From: an uncultured Verrucomicrobiae bacterium
GTDB taxonomy: Bacteria; Verrucomicrobiota; Verrucomicrobiia; Chthoniobacterales; JAATET01
Direction of reading: 5' to 3'
NCBI GenBank assembly: GCA_963749035.1
Contig: CAVVKW010000004.1
Span: forward strand, 1,335,550 to 1,399,549
DNA: 64,000 nt
A program made the translations under genes and the position numbers. Below, in pieces: positions 9,601 to 19,881 of the stretch (within the stretch, counting starts at the first letter, position 1; the number at the start of each line of letters is the position of its first letter). A model generated the notes under the pieces. The model saw only the letters and a program-made list of their open reading frames with translations. It did not search any database and was not told where the DNA came from.

Positions 9601-9759
9601 TCGGAGCTTCATCCGGGACCAGGACGCTCGAAAACCGCTTCAGCATCGACCGGGACGAAGGAGTGAAGTCGGCCTCCGCCCCGCAAAACCTCCCTTGCTC
9701 TTCCGCCTTCCATCATCCACATTCGCGCCGCTCAGCAACAACCACGGCCCTTCGTTCTC

Positions 9760-10389
9760 ATGAATCACCAACTTTCTCGTTTTCTCACCACCGGCACCCT
9801 CGTCGTCGCCGCGCTCGCCCTCGGAGCCTGCGCCACGACGACTACCCTCAGCGGTCGCGCCAACGCCTTCACTTTCGACCCCGACGTCAAGGAGCCGACG
9901 AATCGCTCCAACGTGAAGGTCAAACTTAGCACCAGCGCCCAAAAACTTTACGTCGTCGAAGGGGACAAAGTCCTCCTCGCCACCCCCGTTTCCGTTGGCA
10001 CGGCGGCGACTCCCACCCCCAAGGGCACTTTCCCTGTCCGAGCCAAGGTTGCCGAACGCCGTCGCGTCAGCAGTCCCGGGGCCGGCTATCCCATGCCCTA
10101 TTGGATCGAATTTTACGGCCCGGCCTACGGAATGCACTGGGGCTTCGTCAAGCCCTACCCCAGCACGATGGGCTGCGTTCGCATGCCGCTGAAGTCTGCG
10201 AAAAAAGTCTTCAACCTCGTGAGCGTCGGCACTCCGATCAACATCGCGACCACCCAACCGGAAGACCAAACCATCGGCAAAACGCTCCCCGTCCTCGACG
10301 ACGGCCCGCTTCCGAACCCACCCGATTCCTACATGCTCAGCTCGCAAGCCATGGCCGATATTCGCCAGGGCAAGCTCTGGAAATTCTAG
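9760..10389 (+). CDS. L,D-transpeptidase (YkuD domain) lipoprotein
   Basis: Lipobox LALGAC. YkuD active-site context GMHWGFVKPYPSTMGCVRM (His ... Cys). Confidence 0.85.
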   Translation: MNHQLSRFLTTGTLVVAALALGACATTTTLSGRANAFTFDPDVKEPTNRSNVKVKLSTSAQKLYVVEGDKVLLATPVSVGTAATPTPKGTFPVRAKVAERRRVSSPGAGYPMPYWIEFYGPAYGMHWGFVKPYPSTMGCVRMPLKSAKKVFNLVSVGTPINIATTQPEDQTIGKTLPVLDDGPLPNPPDSYMLSSQAMADIRQGKLWKF

Positions 10390-10528
10390 AGCGCGGACTC
10401 GCCGCACAAGCTTGGTTCGGACCCAGGCGCTCACTCGAGTCGCCCGGGCCTGAACCCGACGTCCTCCTTCCCCAAGGTTTCGCTCGTTCTCACCTAACTG
10501 ACGCCAAGCCACACCCCGTTTCCGTTCC

Positions 10529-13144
10529 ATGGCCGAGATCTCCAAAGGTTACGAACCTCAGTCCGTCGAAGACAAATGGTATGACCAGTGGCTCGCGGAC
10601 GGCAATTTCGCCGCCGACCCCGCGTCCCCAAAGCCCGCTTATTCGATCGTTATCCCCCCGCCAAACGTCACTGGCGTCCTGACCCTCGGTCACGTTCTGA
10701 ACAATACCATCCAGGACATCCTTGCCCGTCGAGCCCGCCTCACCGGCCACGAAGTCCTTTGGCTTCCCGGCACCGACCACGCCGGCATCGCCACCCAGAC
10801 CGTCGTCGAACGACGACTCCGCAAAGAGGAGAAGAAAACTCGCCACGACCTCGGCCGCGACGTCTTTCTGGAACGCGTCTGGGCGTGGAAAGAACAGCAC
10901 GGCGGCATCATCATCAACCAACTCAAGAAGCTCGGTTGCTCCTGCGACTGGGAACGTGAGCGCTTCACGATGGACGCAGCCTACGCCCGCTGCGTGCAGG
11001 AAACTTTCGTCGACCTCCATCGCAAAGGTCTCATCTACCGCGGCAAGCGGATGGTGAACTGGTGCCCCGCTTCCCTCACCGCCCTCAGTGACGAGGAGGT
11101 CATCCCGACCCCGCAGAAAAGTTTCCTCTACCATTTCCGCGTCGAGGTCGTCGAGGAACCCGGAACCTTTCTCGAGATCGCCACCACCCGACCCGAGACC
11201 ATCATGGGAGACAGCGGCGTCGCCGTGAATCCTGCCGACCCACGCTTCGCGGCCTACGTCGGCAAACACGTTCGTCGTCCACTCCCGCTCACCGACCAGA
11301 TTGCCATCCCGATCGTCGCGGACGAATCCGTCGACTTCGAATTCGGGACTGGCGTTCTCAAAGTCACCCCCGCTCACGACAAGGTCGATCACGAGATCGG
11401 CCTCCGGCACGGTCTCAAGGTCATCGACGTCATCAATCCCGATGGAACGATGAACGACCTCGCCGGCCCCGACTTCGCCGGCCTTGATCGGTTCGAGGCC
11501 CGCAAGAAAGCCGCGACCCAACTCGTCGAGCTCGAACTTCTCGTCAAGGAAGAGCCTTACCAGAATACCGTCGGTTTCTCCGAACGCGCCGGCGTTCCCA
11601 TCGAGCCTCGTCTGAGCGAGCAGTGGTTTCTCAAGTATCCGAAGACCGCGGAGGCGCGCGACACCGTTCGCGATCACCTCATCCGCTTCTTCCCCGAGCG
11701 CTGGGAAAAAGTTTACGACCACTGGCTCGAGAACATCCAGGACTGGTGCATTTCTCGCCAACTCTGGTGGGGCCACCGCATCCCCGTCTGGTATCCGCCC
11801 GCCGCGGAAGACCAATCCGAAATCCGCGTTCAAGTCGACAGTCCCGGCGCTGGCTGGACTCAGGACCCCGACGTCCTCGACACCTGGTTCTCGTCCTGGC
11901 TCTGGGCCCACGAGACGATGGACGAACCGACTCGGGCAAAATTCTACCCGACGTCAGTCCTCGTCACCGGTCCCGACATCATCTTCTTCTGGGTCGCCCG
12001 CATGATCATGGCCGGGCTCGAATACACGGACGCCATCCCGTTTCGCGACGTTTACTTCACCGGCATCATTCGGGACAAAGGCGGAAAGAAGATGTCGAAG
12101 TCTCTCGGCAACTCCCCCGACCCACTCGACCTCATCGCCAAATTCGGCGCCGATGGCCTCCGCTTTGGCCTCATGCGGATCGCCCCGCAAGGTCAGGACA
12201 TCAAATTCGACGAGCAACAAATCGTCGAAGGCCGAAACTTCTGCAACAAGTTCTGGAACGCTTGCCGCTTCCGCCTCCTCCAAGGCCCGATCGACCCCAA
12301 CGCCTCCCCCGATCGCGACACCCTCTCGGTTTTCGCCCGCGATCTGCTGAACAAGCTCGACGCCACCCTGACTCGTATCGACGACGGTTACTCGAACTAT
12401 CGTTTCAGCGAAATCGCCCAGTCACTCTATGATTTTATCTGGGGCGATTTTTGCGATCGGTTCATCGAATCAGCCAAATCCGATTTTTTCTCCGACGATC
12501 CCGAGACAGCCGACCGTAAGGCCGGCACCCTCGCGGCTATTGATTACACGATCCGCCGCGTCCTCCTCGTCCTTCACCCCTACACGCCATTCCTCACCGA
12601 AGAACTCTGGCACGGGCTCGGATTTGGCGACAACACGATCCAATTCGAGCCCTGGCCTGCCGCCAGCGGGACCGCTGACGTCGAAGCCACCCGACGCGCA
12701 GCCGAGTTCTACGAAGCCGTTTCCGCCGCCCGCACGCTTCGCGCGACGTTCAACCTGCCGTCGAGCCAAAAGCTCCCGTGGCGGATTCGACCCTCCGTCG
12801 ATTGGGTCACCCGCGAACTTCCGGTCCTCTCGACGCTTCTCAACGCCAAGTCCCTCGACCTCGAATCCTCCGAGTCCCCGAGCGGCATGGCCGTCTGCGC
12901 CACCGCCATCGGTGAAATTTTCCTCCCCCTCGAAGGCCTCGTCGACCCGACCTCCGAACGCGTTCGTCTCGACGCGGAAATGGAGAAGGTCCGTGCCGAA
13001 ATCACCAAGGTCGACCGCAAACTCTCCAGCGAGAAGTTCGTCAAAAACGCCCCACCGGAGATCATCGCCGAGCACCGCGAGCGCCAGAAAAATTGGGCCG
13101 ACCGGCTGAAGACTCTGCAACGCGCCCAGGCCGCCCTCGGCTGA
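10529..13144 (+). CDS. valS: Valine--tRNA ligase
   Basis: 871 aa. Class I motifs PPPNVTGVLTLGH and KMSKSLGN; ValRS-type editing region; C-terminal coiled coil. Confidence 0.96.
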   Translation: MAEISKGYEPQSVEDKWYDQWLADGNFAADPASPKPAYSIVIPPPNVTGVLTLGHVLNNTIQDILARRARLTGHEVLWLPGTDHAGIATQTVVERRLRKEEKKTRHDLGRDVFLERVWAWKEQHGGIIINQLKKLGCSCDWERERFTMDAAYARCVQETFVDLHRKGLIYRGKRMVNWCPASLTALSDEEVIPTPQKSFLYHFRVEVVEEPGTFLEIATTRPETIMGDSGVAVNPADPRFAAYVGKHVRRPLPLTDQIAIPIVADESVDFEFGTGVLKVTPAHDKVDHEIGLRHGLKVIDVINPDGTMNDLAGPDFAGLDRFEARKKAATQLVELELLVKEEPYQNTVGFSERAGVPIEPRLSEQWFLKYPKTAEARDTVRDHLIRFFPERWEKVYDHWLENIQDWCISRQLWWGHRIPVWYPPAAEDQSEIRVQVDSPGAGWTQDPDVLDTWFSSWLWAHETMDEPTRAKFYPTSVLVTGPDIIFFWVARMIMAGLEYTDAIPFRDVYFTGIIRDKGGKKMSKSLGNSPDPLDLIAKFGADGLRFGLMRIAPQGQDIKFDEQQIVEGRNFCNKFWNACRFRLLQGPIDPNASPDRDTLSVFARDLLNKLDATLTRIDDGYSNYRFSEIAQSLYDFIWGDFCDRFIESAKSDFFSDDPETADRKAGTLAAIDYTIRRVLLVLHPYTPFLTEELWHGLGFGDNTIQFEPWPAASGTADVEATRRAAEFYEAVSAARTLRATFNLPSSQKLPWRIRPSVDWVTRELPVLSTLLNAKSLDLESSESPSGMAVCATAIGEIFLPLEGLVDPTSERVRLDAEMEKVRAEITKVDRKLSSEKFVKNAPPEIIAEHRERQKNWADRLKTLQRAQAALG

Positions 13145-13183
13145 TCCCCACTCAACCATGAACTCTCAACGACTCCCTCAAAA

Positions 13184-14233
13184 GTGAACCTCTTCATTTT
13201 TGTCATGGCCGGCGGCACCGGCGAACGCTTCTGGCCAATGAGCCGGGTCCGCACCCCCAAGCACCTTCTCCGTCTCTTCAGCGAAAAGACGCTGCTGGAG
13301 GAAGCCGTCGACCGCGCGCTCGGAGTCGTTCCCACCGATCACGTCTTCGTGCTCACCAACGCGGCTCAACTCGATTCCTGCCGCGCCGCCGTCCCAAATT
13401 TGCCCGCCGAAAACTTCATCGCCGAACCCGCAAAACGCGACACCGCCCCCGCGGCCGCTCTCGCCACGGGTTTCGCCCGGGCTCGCGCCGAGGATGCCGT
13501 CGTCGCTCTCCTGCCAGCCGACGCGATGATCCACGACACCGCGACCTTCCAGAGCCAGCTCCGGTCCGCCGCGCAAGCCGTCGACGGCACCGACGCCGTC
13601 CTCACGTTCTCCATTTCGCCGAGCTACCCGGCGACCGGATTTGGCTACCTCGAGCTGGGCGACGCCCTGCCCGATCTCGCGCCCGACGCTTGCTCCGTCG
13701 TCCGTTTCGTCGAGAAGCCGAACATCGATCTCGCCGATACCTACTTCAAGAGCGGTCAATTCGGCTGGAACGCCGGAATGTTTCTCTGGAGCGCCTCGAC
13801 CTTCCTCGCAGAATGTGATCGCGAAGTCCCGGAGCTCGCCGAGTTCATCCGCAACTTCCCCACCGGCAACCCCAAGGCTTACCTTGCCGAGGCTTTCGCC
13901 TCGCTTCCGAAGATTTCCGTCGATTACGCCATCATGGAACGCGCGGAAAAAGTCATCGCCATCCGCGCCGCCTTCGACTGGGACGACGTCGGCACCTGGA
14001 CCGCCCTCCCCACCCACCTCGGAAAGGGCTCGAATGGCAACACGGCACGCGGCCCGGCCGTTTCCGTCGACAGTCACAACAACATCACCGTGTCGAATGG
14101 CCGCACCATCGCCCTCTGCGGCGTCAGCGACCTCGTCGTTGTGGAAACGGACGACGCCATCCTGGTCTGCCACCGAAATTCCGCGCAGAACGTCAAACAA
14201 CTCCAGTCCGAGCTCCGCGACGAACTTCGCTGA
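13184..14233 (+). CDS. Mannose-1-phosphate guanylyltransferase (nucleotidyltransferase domain only)
   Basis: 349 aa. N-terminal MAGGTGERFWPMSR sugar-nucleotidyltransferase motif and FVEKP motif. GTG start. Confidence 0.82.
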   Translation: MNLFIFVMAGGTGERFWPMSRVRTPKHLLRLFSEKTLLEEAVDRALGVVPTDHVFVLTNAAQLDSCRAAVPNLPAENFIAEPAKRDTAPAAALATGFARARAEDAVVALLPADAMIHDTATFQSQLRSAAQAVDGTDAVLTFSISPSYPATGFGYLELGDALPDLAPDACSVVRFVEKPNIDLADTYFKSGQFGWNAGMFLWSASTFLAECDREVPELAEFIRNFPTGNPKAYLAEAFASLPKISVDYAIMERAEKVIAIRAAFDWDDVGTWTALPTHLGKGSNGNTARGPAVSVDSHNNITVSNGRTIALCGVSDLVVVETDDAILVCHRNSAQNVKQLQSELRDELR

Positions 14234-14262
14234 CTCCCGACTTCACCTTCGTCCCGTCGCCG

Positions 14263-14706
14263 CTACAACTCCGCTTTGATCTTCTTCAACAGCACACCGT
14301 ATCGCGCACCCTGCACGTCGAAATTTTCCTCGTCGACCGTTTCGCCAAACGTGTCGCGAATCACGACCGACCGCGCCCGCAAGGCGTAAACCTCAGGTTC
14401 CCGCCGCGTGACGAACACCGTCACCCGCGTGTAAGTGTCCTCACCCTGCCAGTTGCCGTAGAGCACGTTCTCGATCGTCCCCCCGGCCCGCTTGAAGACC
14501 AGCCGACCGCCGTCCGCGCTTTCGAAGCTGAAACCGTGCCGGAAAAACACCTCCTGCGCCTTCATCGTGATCTCTCCCTCCGAATGCCCGACGATCACCA
14601 CCTGCGCCTGCCCGGTGGGCGCTCCTCCCCCCACGCTCGAACACCCCGCAAGCCCCGCCAACATCCCAACCACCAACAAACACAAACTTTTCATCATCAT
14701 TTTCAC
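14263..14706 (-). CDS. Hypothetical lipoprotein
   Basis: 147 aa. Lipobox MLAGLAGCSS. Convergent with the guanylyltransferase gene and downstream of tatC. Confidence 0.6.
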   Translation of the reverse strand: MKMMMKSLCLLVVGMLAGLAGCSSVGGGAPTGQAQVVIVGHSEGEITMKAQEVFFRHGFSFESADGGRLVFKRAGGTIENVLYGNWQGEDTYTRVTVFVTRREPEVYALRARSVVIRDTFGETVDEENFDVQGARYGVLLKKIKAEL

Positions 14707-14738
14707 GAATAACTAGGAACCAACTACCGACCCGCGAC

Positions 14739-15575
14739 TCAATCCCGATCATCCTCGCGATCTGCGAGCACTTCGATCTCGTCGTGAGCCACCCCGACCT
14801 TCTCCCGCTTCGCGGTGATCACCGCGATCACGATACAAATCTCGTAAAGCAGATACATCGGGCCGCCCATCATCAACATCGTGATCATGTCCGTCGTCGG
14901 CGTCAAAATCGCCGAGAAGATCATTACCGCAACGAAAGCCTGGGGCCGCAGACGACGCAGATCCGGCGCTGCGATCAGACCCAGTTTCACCAACAACAGC
15001 ACCACCAACGGCAGCTCGAATGCCAGCCCAAACGCGATGATGAACTGCGTGGTGAACGAATAGTATTCGCGCACCGTCCACTCCGGCACCCACCCCAGCG
15101 ACTTCGCGTCGTTGTAAAAGAATTGCAGCGCCTGCGGGAGGACGAACGTGTAGGCAAACACCACGCCCGTCAGAAAAAGACCAAACCCGATCCCCGCCGC
15201 GGGCATCACGTATCCGCGCTCGCTCTTCGTCAGCGCGGGCAAAACGAATCCCGCTAGAAAATAAACGAGGAAAGGAAACGCCAGGACGATCCCCGCGTAA
15301 AACGCCAGCTCGAGCGAAATCGAAAACGAATCGACCACCCCCAGCGACCGCAGCCGGCCCAATTGATCGGGATCGACCTCGAGCAGCGGACGCTGAATCA
15401 CGCCAAATAGCCACGTCCGACCCAAAAAGCTCAGGACCATCGCCGACCCCAGTGCGAGGACCATTTTGATGACCATTTTCCGCAGATCCTCGATGTGATC
15501 GAGGAACGGCTTCGGTTCATCGGCCAACTCGCGGAACTGAAACAGCCTCTGCCGCCAACGTTGTGGTTTCGCCAT
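14739..15575 (-). CDS. tatC: Twin-arginine translocase subunit TatC
   Basis: 278 aa with six hydrophobic segments. N-terminal FLDHIEDLRKMVI is the typical TatC start. Confidence 0.9.
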   Translation of the reverse strand: MAKPQRWRQRLFQFRELADEPKPFLDHIEDLRKMVIKMVLALGSAMVLSFLGRTWLFGVIQRPLLEVDPDQLGRLRSLGVVDSFSISLELAFYAGIVLAFPFLVYFLAGFVLPALTKSERGYVMPAAGIGFGLFLTGVVFAYTFVLPQALQFFYNDAKSLGWVPEWTVREYYSFTTQFIIAFGLAFELPLVVLLLVKLGLIAAPDLRRLRPQAFVAVMIFSAILTPTTDMITMLMMGGPMYLLYEICIVIAVITAKREKVGVAHDEIEVLADREDDRD

Positions 15576-15578
15576 CGC

Positions 15579-16151
15579 CTAAAACAATCCCAATGCCGTC
15601 ATTCTCGCGACCGAACACAACGTGTTCGCGTCACAAATCTCTCCCGACGCGATCATCGCGACGAGTTCCTCCCGCGCAAATTCGCGACACTCCGTAATTC
15701 CCTCGTTCTCGTCGAGTGCCACCCCTCCAGCTCGGGGCACCACGTCCGTCGCGAGAAACAAATGACACCACTCGTCCGTGAATCCCGGCGACGAAAAGTA
15801 GTAACCCATGGGAATCAACTCCCCCCCAATCTCGTAACCCGTCTCTTCCCCTAACTCGCGCACCGCCGTCTTCCGAATCGCCGCCTCGTCAACGTCAGTC
15901 TCGTCAACCTGTCCCGCCGCAAATTCCCAAAACTCCCGCCGCACCGGAATCCGCTCCTGCCGGACCATCAAATAATTTCCCTCCGGCGTGCGCGCCGAAA
16001 TGATCGCCGCCTGCTTCCGCCGCACCACCATCCAGTTCAGACCCTCCGGCCGAGTCGGCGTCACCACCACCTCGCGATTGACCTCCAGGTAAGGCGTCTT
16101 CGCCACCGCCTCGCTTTCGAGCACCTGCCAATCCCCCGTCCCGACACTCAC
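15579..16151 (-). CDS. NUDIX hydrolase (ADP-ribose pyrophosphatase-like)
   Basis: Nudix box GQVDETDVDEAAIRKTAVRELGEETGY. 4-nt overlap with argH. Confidence 0.85.
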   Translation of the reverse strand: MSVGTGDWQVLESEAVAKTPYLEVNREVVVTPTRPEGLNWMVVRRKQAAIISARTPEGNYLMVRQERIPVRREFWEFAAGQVDETDVDEAAIRKTAVRELGEETGYEIGGELIPMGYYFSSPGFTDEWCHLFLATDVVPRAGGVALDENEGITECREFAREELVAMIASGEICDANTLCSVARMTALGLF

Positions 16152-17512
16152 GCCAACCGCTCCTTCCAGTGAGCAATCCGCGCCGCGACGTTCTCCGGCG
16201 ACGGCGCACCCGGTGCCCGCCGCGCCGCCAACGCGTTCCGTAGTTCGAATAATTCGCTCACGCCGCCGGCGAAATGCTCCGACGCTTCCGCGAACGTCTC
16301 GTCCGGCAACTTGTTCAATGGCGTTCCGCTCCGCGCCGCCTCGCCCACCAGACGACCAACGACCTCGTGAGCCTCGCGGAACGGCACCCCGCCCCGAACC
16401 AAGTGGTCCGCCAGATCCGTCGCTAGCAACAACGGATCACTCACCGCCTCCGCCGCCCGCCCCGCGTCGAAGCTCGCGGCCTCCACCATCTCGGCAAACA
16501 ACGCCAAAGTCGCCTTCAGCGTATCGACCGAATCGAAGACCGGCTCTTTGTCCTCCTGCAAATCGCGATTGTAGGTCATCGGCAACCCCTTCAGCACCGT
16601 CAGCAACGACACCAGGTTCCCGTAGAGCCGCCCCGTCTTCCCCCTCGCCAGCTCGGCGATGTCCGGATTCTTCTTCTGCGGCATCAGGCTCGACCCCGTC
16701 GTGTGCCGATCGCTCAACTTCAAAAACCCAAACTCCGCCGACGCCCACAGCACAACGTCCTCGCTCAGCCGAGAAACGTGCATCCCGCAGATCGCGATCA
16801 CGGACAGCAACTCCGCCGCAAAATCCCGGTCAGACACCGCGTCCATGCTGTTCTGCGTCATCCCGTCGAATCCCAGCCGCTCCGCTAAAAACGCCCGGTC
16901 CACGATGATCGTCGACCCCGCGATCGCCCCCGACCCCAGCGGCAGCACGTTCGCCCGTTTCCGACAATCCACCAGCCGGTCCGCGTCCCGCGACAGCATC
17001 TCGACGTAAGCCAGCAGGTGGTGAGCGACCGGCACCGGCTGCGCCCGCTGGAGGTGCGTGTAGCCCGGAATGATCACGTCCTCGTGCCGCTCCGCCAGCC
17101 CCACCAGCGCGCGTTGCAGCCCCGCTATCAGGTCGATCAATTCATCGATCGCCCCGCGCAGAAACATCCGCAGATCGACCGCGACCTGATCGTTCCGGCT
17201 CCTCCCCGTGTGCAGCTTCGCCCCCGGCGCACCGATCCGCCGGGTCAACTCAGCCTCGATGTTCATGTGGATGTCCTCGAGGTCCGTCCGGAAAGGAAAG
17301 TCCCCGCGAGCGATCTCGTCCCGGATCTCCTTCAATCCGGTCGTGATCGCTTCCCGCTCGTCCGCCCTCAGCACCCCGGCCCGCTCCAACGCCTCGGCGT
17401 AAGCACAACTACCTTCGACGTCGCACGCGTAGAGCCGCCAATCGAACGAGATCGACTCGCTGTAAGCCACCAGCCGATCCGACTGCTCTTCTTCAAAACG
17501 TCCCTTCCACAT
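16148..17512 (-). CDS. argH: Argininosuccinate lyase
   Basis: 454 aa. Fumarate-lyase signature GSSLMPQKKNP; ArgH-type N-terminus WKGRF. Confidence 0.95.
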   Translation of the reverse strand: MWKGRFEEEQSDRLVAYSESISFDWRLYACDVEGSCAYAEALERAGVLRADEREAITTGLKEIRDEIARGDFPFRTDLEDIHMNIEAELTRRIGAPGAKLHTGRSRNDQVAVDLRMFLRGAIDELIDLIAGLQRALVGLAERHEDVIIPGYTHLQRAQPVPVAHHLLAYVEMLSRDADRLVDCRKRANVLPLGSGAIAGSTIIVDRAFLAERLGFDGMTQNSMDAVSDRDFAAELLSVIAICGMHVSRLSEDVVLWASAEFGFLKLSDRHTTGSSLMPQKKNPDIAELARGKTGRLYGNLVSLLTVLKGLPMTYNRDLQEDKEPVFDSVDTLKATLALFAEMVEAASFDAGRAAEAVSDPLLLATDLADHLVRGGVPFREAHEVVGRLVGEAARSGTPLNKLPDETFAEASEHFAGGVSELFELRNALAARRAPGAPSPENVAARIAHWKERLA

Positions 17513-17542
17513 GATCGATCTCCCGTCGCCGTCCCGTCGCGG

Positions 17543-18076
17543 TCAGCGCGCGGACGCCGCGTCCGCCTTCCGGCACGTTCCCTTCAACTTCAATTCGTCA
17601 CACGTTCCCTCGATCCGCACCATCTTGTTCGCCGGCGAGAATCCCAGTCGCCGCGTGATACAATTCTCCAACAACTCCATGTTCGTATCTTCGAATTCGA
17701 TGATCTTGTCACAGTCCACGCAGATCAGGTGATTGTGAGTCGGATGCTCCAGGAAATTCGGGTCGTAGAACTTCACGTCCCGACCCAGATCCAACTCCCG
17801 CAGCAGCCCGCTACTCACCAGCAGCGGGATCGTCCGATACACCGTCGCCCGCGAGACCGACTTGTCGATCGCTTTCGCCATCTCCAGCAGCTCCTCGGCG
17901 TGAAAGTGATCCTTCGTGCCCAGAACCGCCTCGATGATCGCTTCCCGCTGCGCCGTCCGCCTCAGCCCCTGCTCGGCAAGGTACGTATAGATGGTTTCGC
18001 GAACGGACGGTTCCACTCGGGCAACGGTAGGATGTCCCGAACGGGAGTCAAGAGCCGGTGCACCCCGGCAAGCCAA
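17543..18076 (-). CDS. Fur-family metalloregulator (Fur/Zur type)
   Basis: Winged-helix region RATVYRTIPLL; metal-site motifs HNHLICVDCDKIIEF and a C-terminal Cys. The true start is probably the internal GTG at 18016. Confidence 0.85.
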   Translation of the reverse strand: MACRGAPALDSRSGHPTVARVEPSVRETIYTYLAEQGLRRTAQREAIIEAVLGTKDHFHAEELLEMAKAIDKSVSRATVYRTIPLLVSSGLLRELDLGRDVKFYDPNFLEHPTHNHLICVDCDKIIEFEDTNMELLENCITRRLGFSPANKMVRIEGTCDELKLKGTCRKADAASAR

Positions 18077-18224
18077 CGCAGGAAAGGGGGAGAAGTGCCA
18101 GAGAACTACGGCAAAGAGGAGCGAGTTACCGTTGCTGCATTCCTGCCCTGGCGGGGTTCACCCGTCCGCAGTCCATAGCCCCTGGCAGCGGTGACAATAC
18201 GAATCCTCCGCCGCCGCGCAACCC

Positions 18225-18554
18225 CTATGTCGTCTCTGCACCATCCGAATCCCGCACCCTGCATTTCTCAAATCGCGATTTCAAATCGGCCTCATCGATC
18301 TCACTCCCGATCGCCACGACTTGAGAAACGCGCTGTCGGCCTCCCCATTCCCCCAAGGGCTCCAACGTCGTCCGACGCCCGACCACCTGCAGGGCGTAGC
18401 GCACCCCCGGATCATCACGAATACCAACGATCCCCTTGCACCGGAACACGGTCTCCGGCAGTTCCCGACGCACCATCTCCACGAGCCGCTCCCGGTCAAA
18501 CGGATCTCGCGACTCGAAGGCCCAGGTCTGAAATTGCTCGCTCTTCGGCACCAA
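18225..18554 (-). CDS. Stand-alone CobW C-terminal domain protein
   Basis: 109 aa. FRCKGIVGIRD ... RVSQVVAIG pattern of the CobW_C domain. No GTPase P-loop domain is possible upstream, because the plus-strand M16 gene starts at 18613. Confidence 0.6.
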   Translation of the reverse strand: MVPKSEQFQTWAFESRDPFDRERLVEMVRRELPETVFRCKGIVGIRDDPGVRYALQVVGRRTTLEPLGEWGGRQRVSQVVAIGSEIDEADLKSRFEKCRVRDSDGAETT

Positions 18555-18612
18555 TTAGAAGTTTGTCCCCCTTCCCGCACCCGGTAGTCTGCCCGGTCTC
18601 ACGCGACCAAAG

Positions 18613-19881
18613 ATGAAAACGGATCAGACAATTTTGGATAACGGACTCCGCGTCATCACGTGCGAAATGCCTCACACCGAATCCGTCACCTACGGAGTCT
18701 GGGCCGCCGTGGGAGGTCGTCACGAGCCAAAACGCCTCGCGGGCATCTCCCACTTCATCGAGCACATGCTCTTCAAGGGCACCGTCCGCCGCACCGCGCG
18801 ACAGATCGGTCAGGAAATCGAAAGCGTCGGCGGTTACCTCAACGCCACCACCACCCAAGACCACACGCTCTACTACGGGGCCGCCCCGGCCAACTACTTC
18901 CGGCGCCTCAGCGGAGTGCTCGGCGACATGGTCCTCTCCCCGCGTTTTGCAGAACTCGACATCAAACGCGAACGCAGCGTCATCGGTGAGGAAATTCTCA
19001 TGTATGAGGACGAGCCCTCCGAGATGGTTCAAGAAGGGCTCTGGGAGGACCTCTGGCCCGGACACGCCCTCGGCCGACCCCTCACCGGCACGCTCAAATC
19101 AATCGCCAGCTACGGCCGACCGGAATTTCTCGACTACCGCGCCAGGCACTACCACGGCGGCAACGTCGTCGTTTCCGCCGCTGGCAAGGTCACCCACGCC
19201 GAAGTCGTCGCCCGCACCGCCGCCCTCCTGGGCGAACTCCCCGCCGGGCGGCGCCGCCGACCCACCCCCGCTCCCGAGCTGCCAAAAGCTCCCCGCCTCC
19301 GCACCATCCGCCGCGACACCCAGCAGACCCACGTCGCCTTCGCCGTTCCTGCCTGCACCCTGTCCGACCCCGACCGCCACGCCGTCCACCTCCTCAACGT
19401 CCTTCTCGCCGGGAACATGAGCTCCCGACTCTTCCAGGATCTCCGCGAAAAACGTGGCCTCTGCTACACCATCAGCTCGGGCGTTTCCCTCTACGAAGAC
19501 ACCGGCGTCATCCATTTCTACGTCGGACTCGATCAACGCAACCTCGAGAAATCCCTCACCCTCATCGGCCGCGCCTTCACCCGACTCCGCGACGAACCCG
19601 TCCCCGCCGCCGAACTCCGCCGCGCCAAGGAGTTCGCCATCGGATCAAACCGCATGTCGCTCGAACGCACCTCGGCCCAAAACAGTCGCATCGGCTACTC
19701 CGCCCTCTTCTACGGCGACGCCACCCCGCCGGAAGAAACCCACGACGTCCTCCGCCGCCAGACCGCCGAAGACCTCCAGCGAGTCGCCCGCCGCTACCTC
19801 GACCCCCGCCAACTCACGATGACCGTCGTCGGGCCGCTCGACGAACTCAGTTCCGCCGATCTCGGTGAGCTCGCAGTCTGA
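18613..19881 (+). CDS. M16 family zinc peptidase
   Basis: 422 aa. HFIEHMLFKG zinc motif with downstream ERSVIGEE. Confidence 0.88.
   Translation: MKTDQTILDNGLRVITCEMPHTESVTYGVWAAVGGRHEPKRLAGISHFIEHMLFKGTVRRTARQIGQEIESVGGYLNATTTQDHTLYYGAAPANYFRRLSGVLGDMVLSPRFAELDIKRERSVIGEEILMYEDEPSEMVQEGLWEDLWPGHALGRPLTGTLKSIASYGRPEFLDYRARHYHGGNVVVSAAGKVTHAEVVARTAALLGELPAGRRRRPTPAPELPKAPRLRTIRRDTQQTHVAFAVPACTLSDPDRHAVHLLNVLLAGNMSSRLFQDLREKRGLCYTISSGVSLYEDTGVIHFYVGLDQRNLEKSLTLIGRAFTRLRDEPVPAAELRRAKEFAIGSNRMSLERTSAQNSRIGYSALFYGDATPPEETHDVLRRQTAEDLQRVARRYLDPRQLTMTVVGPLDELSSADLGELAV

Noticed and set aside
18077-18224. Possible riboswitch or structured leader in the 148-nt gap between the CobW_C ORF and the Fur-family gene
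   Set aside because: A few complementary segments can be drawn (CTGCC/AGGGG with CCCC/GGCAG), but I recognise no riboswitch consensus. The Fur start is itself uncertain and may shorten the gap. An Infernal scan would be needed before any claim.
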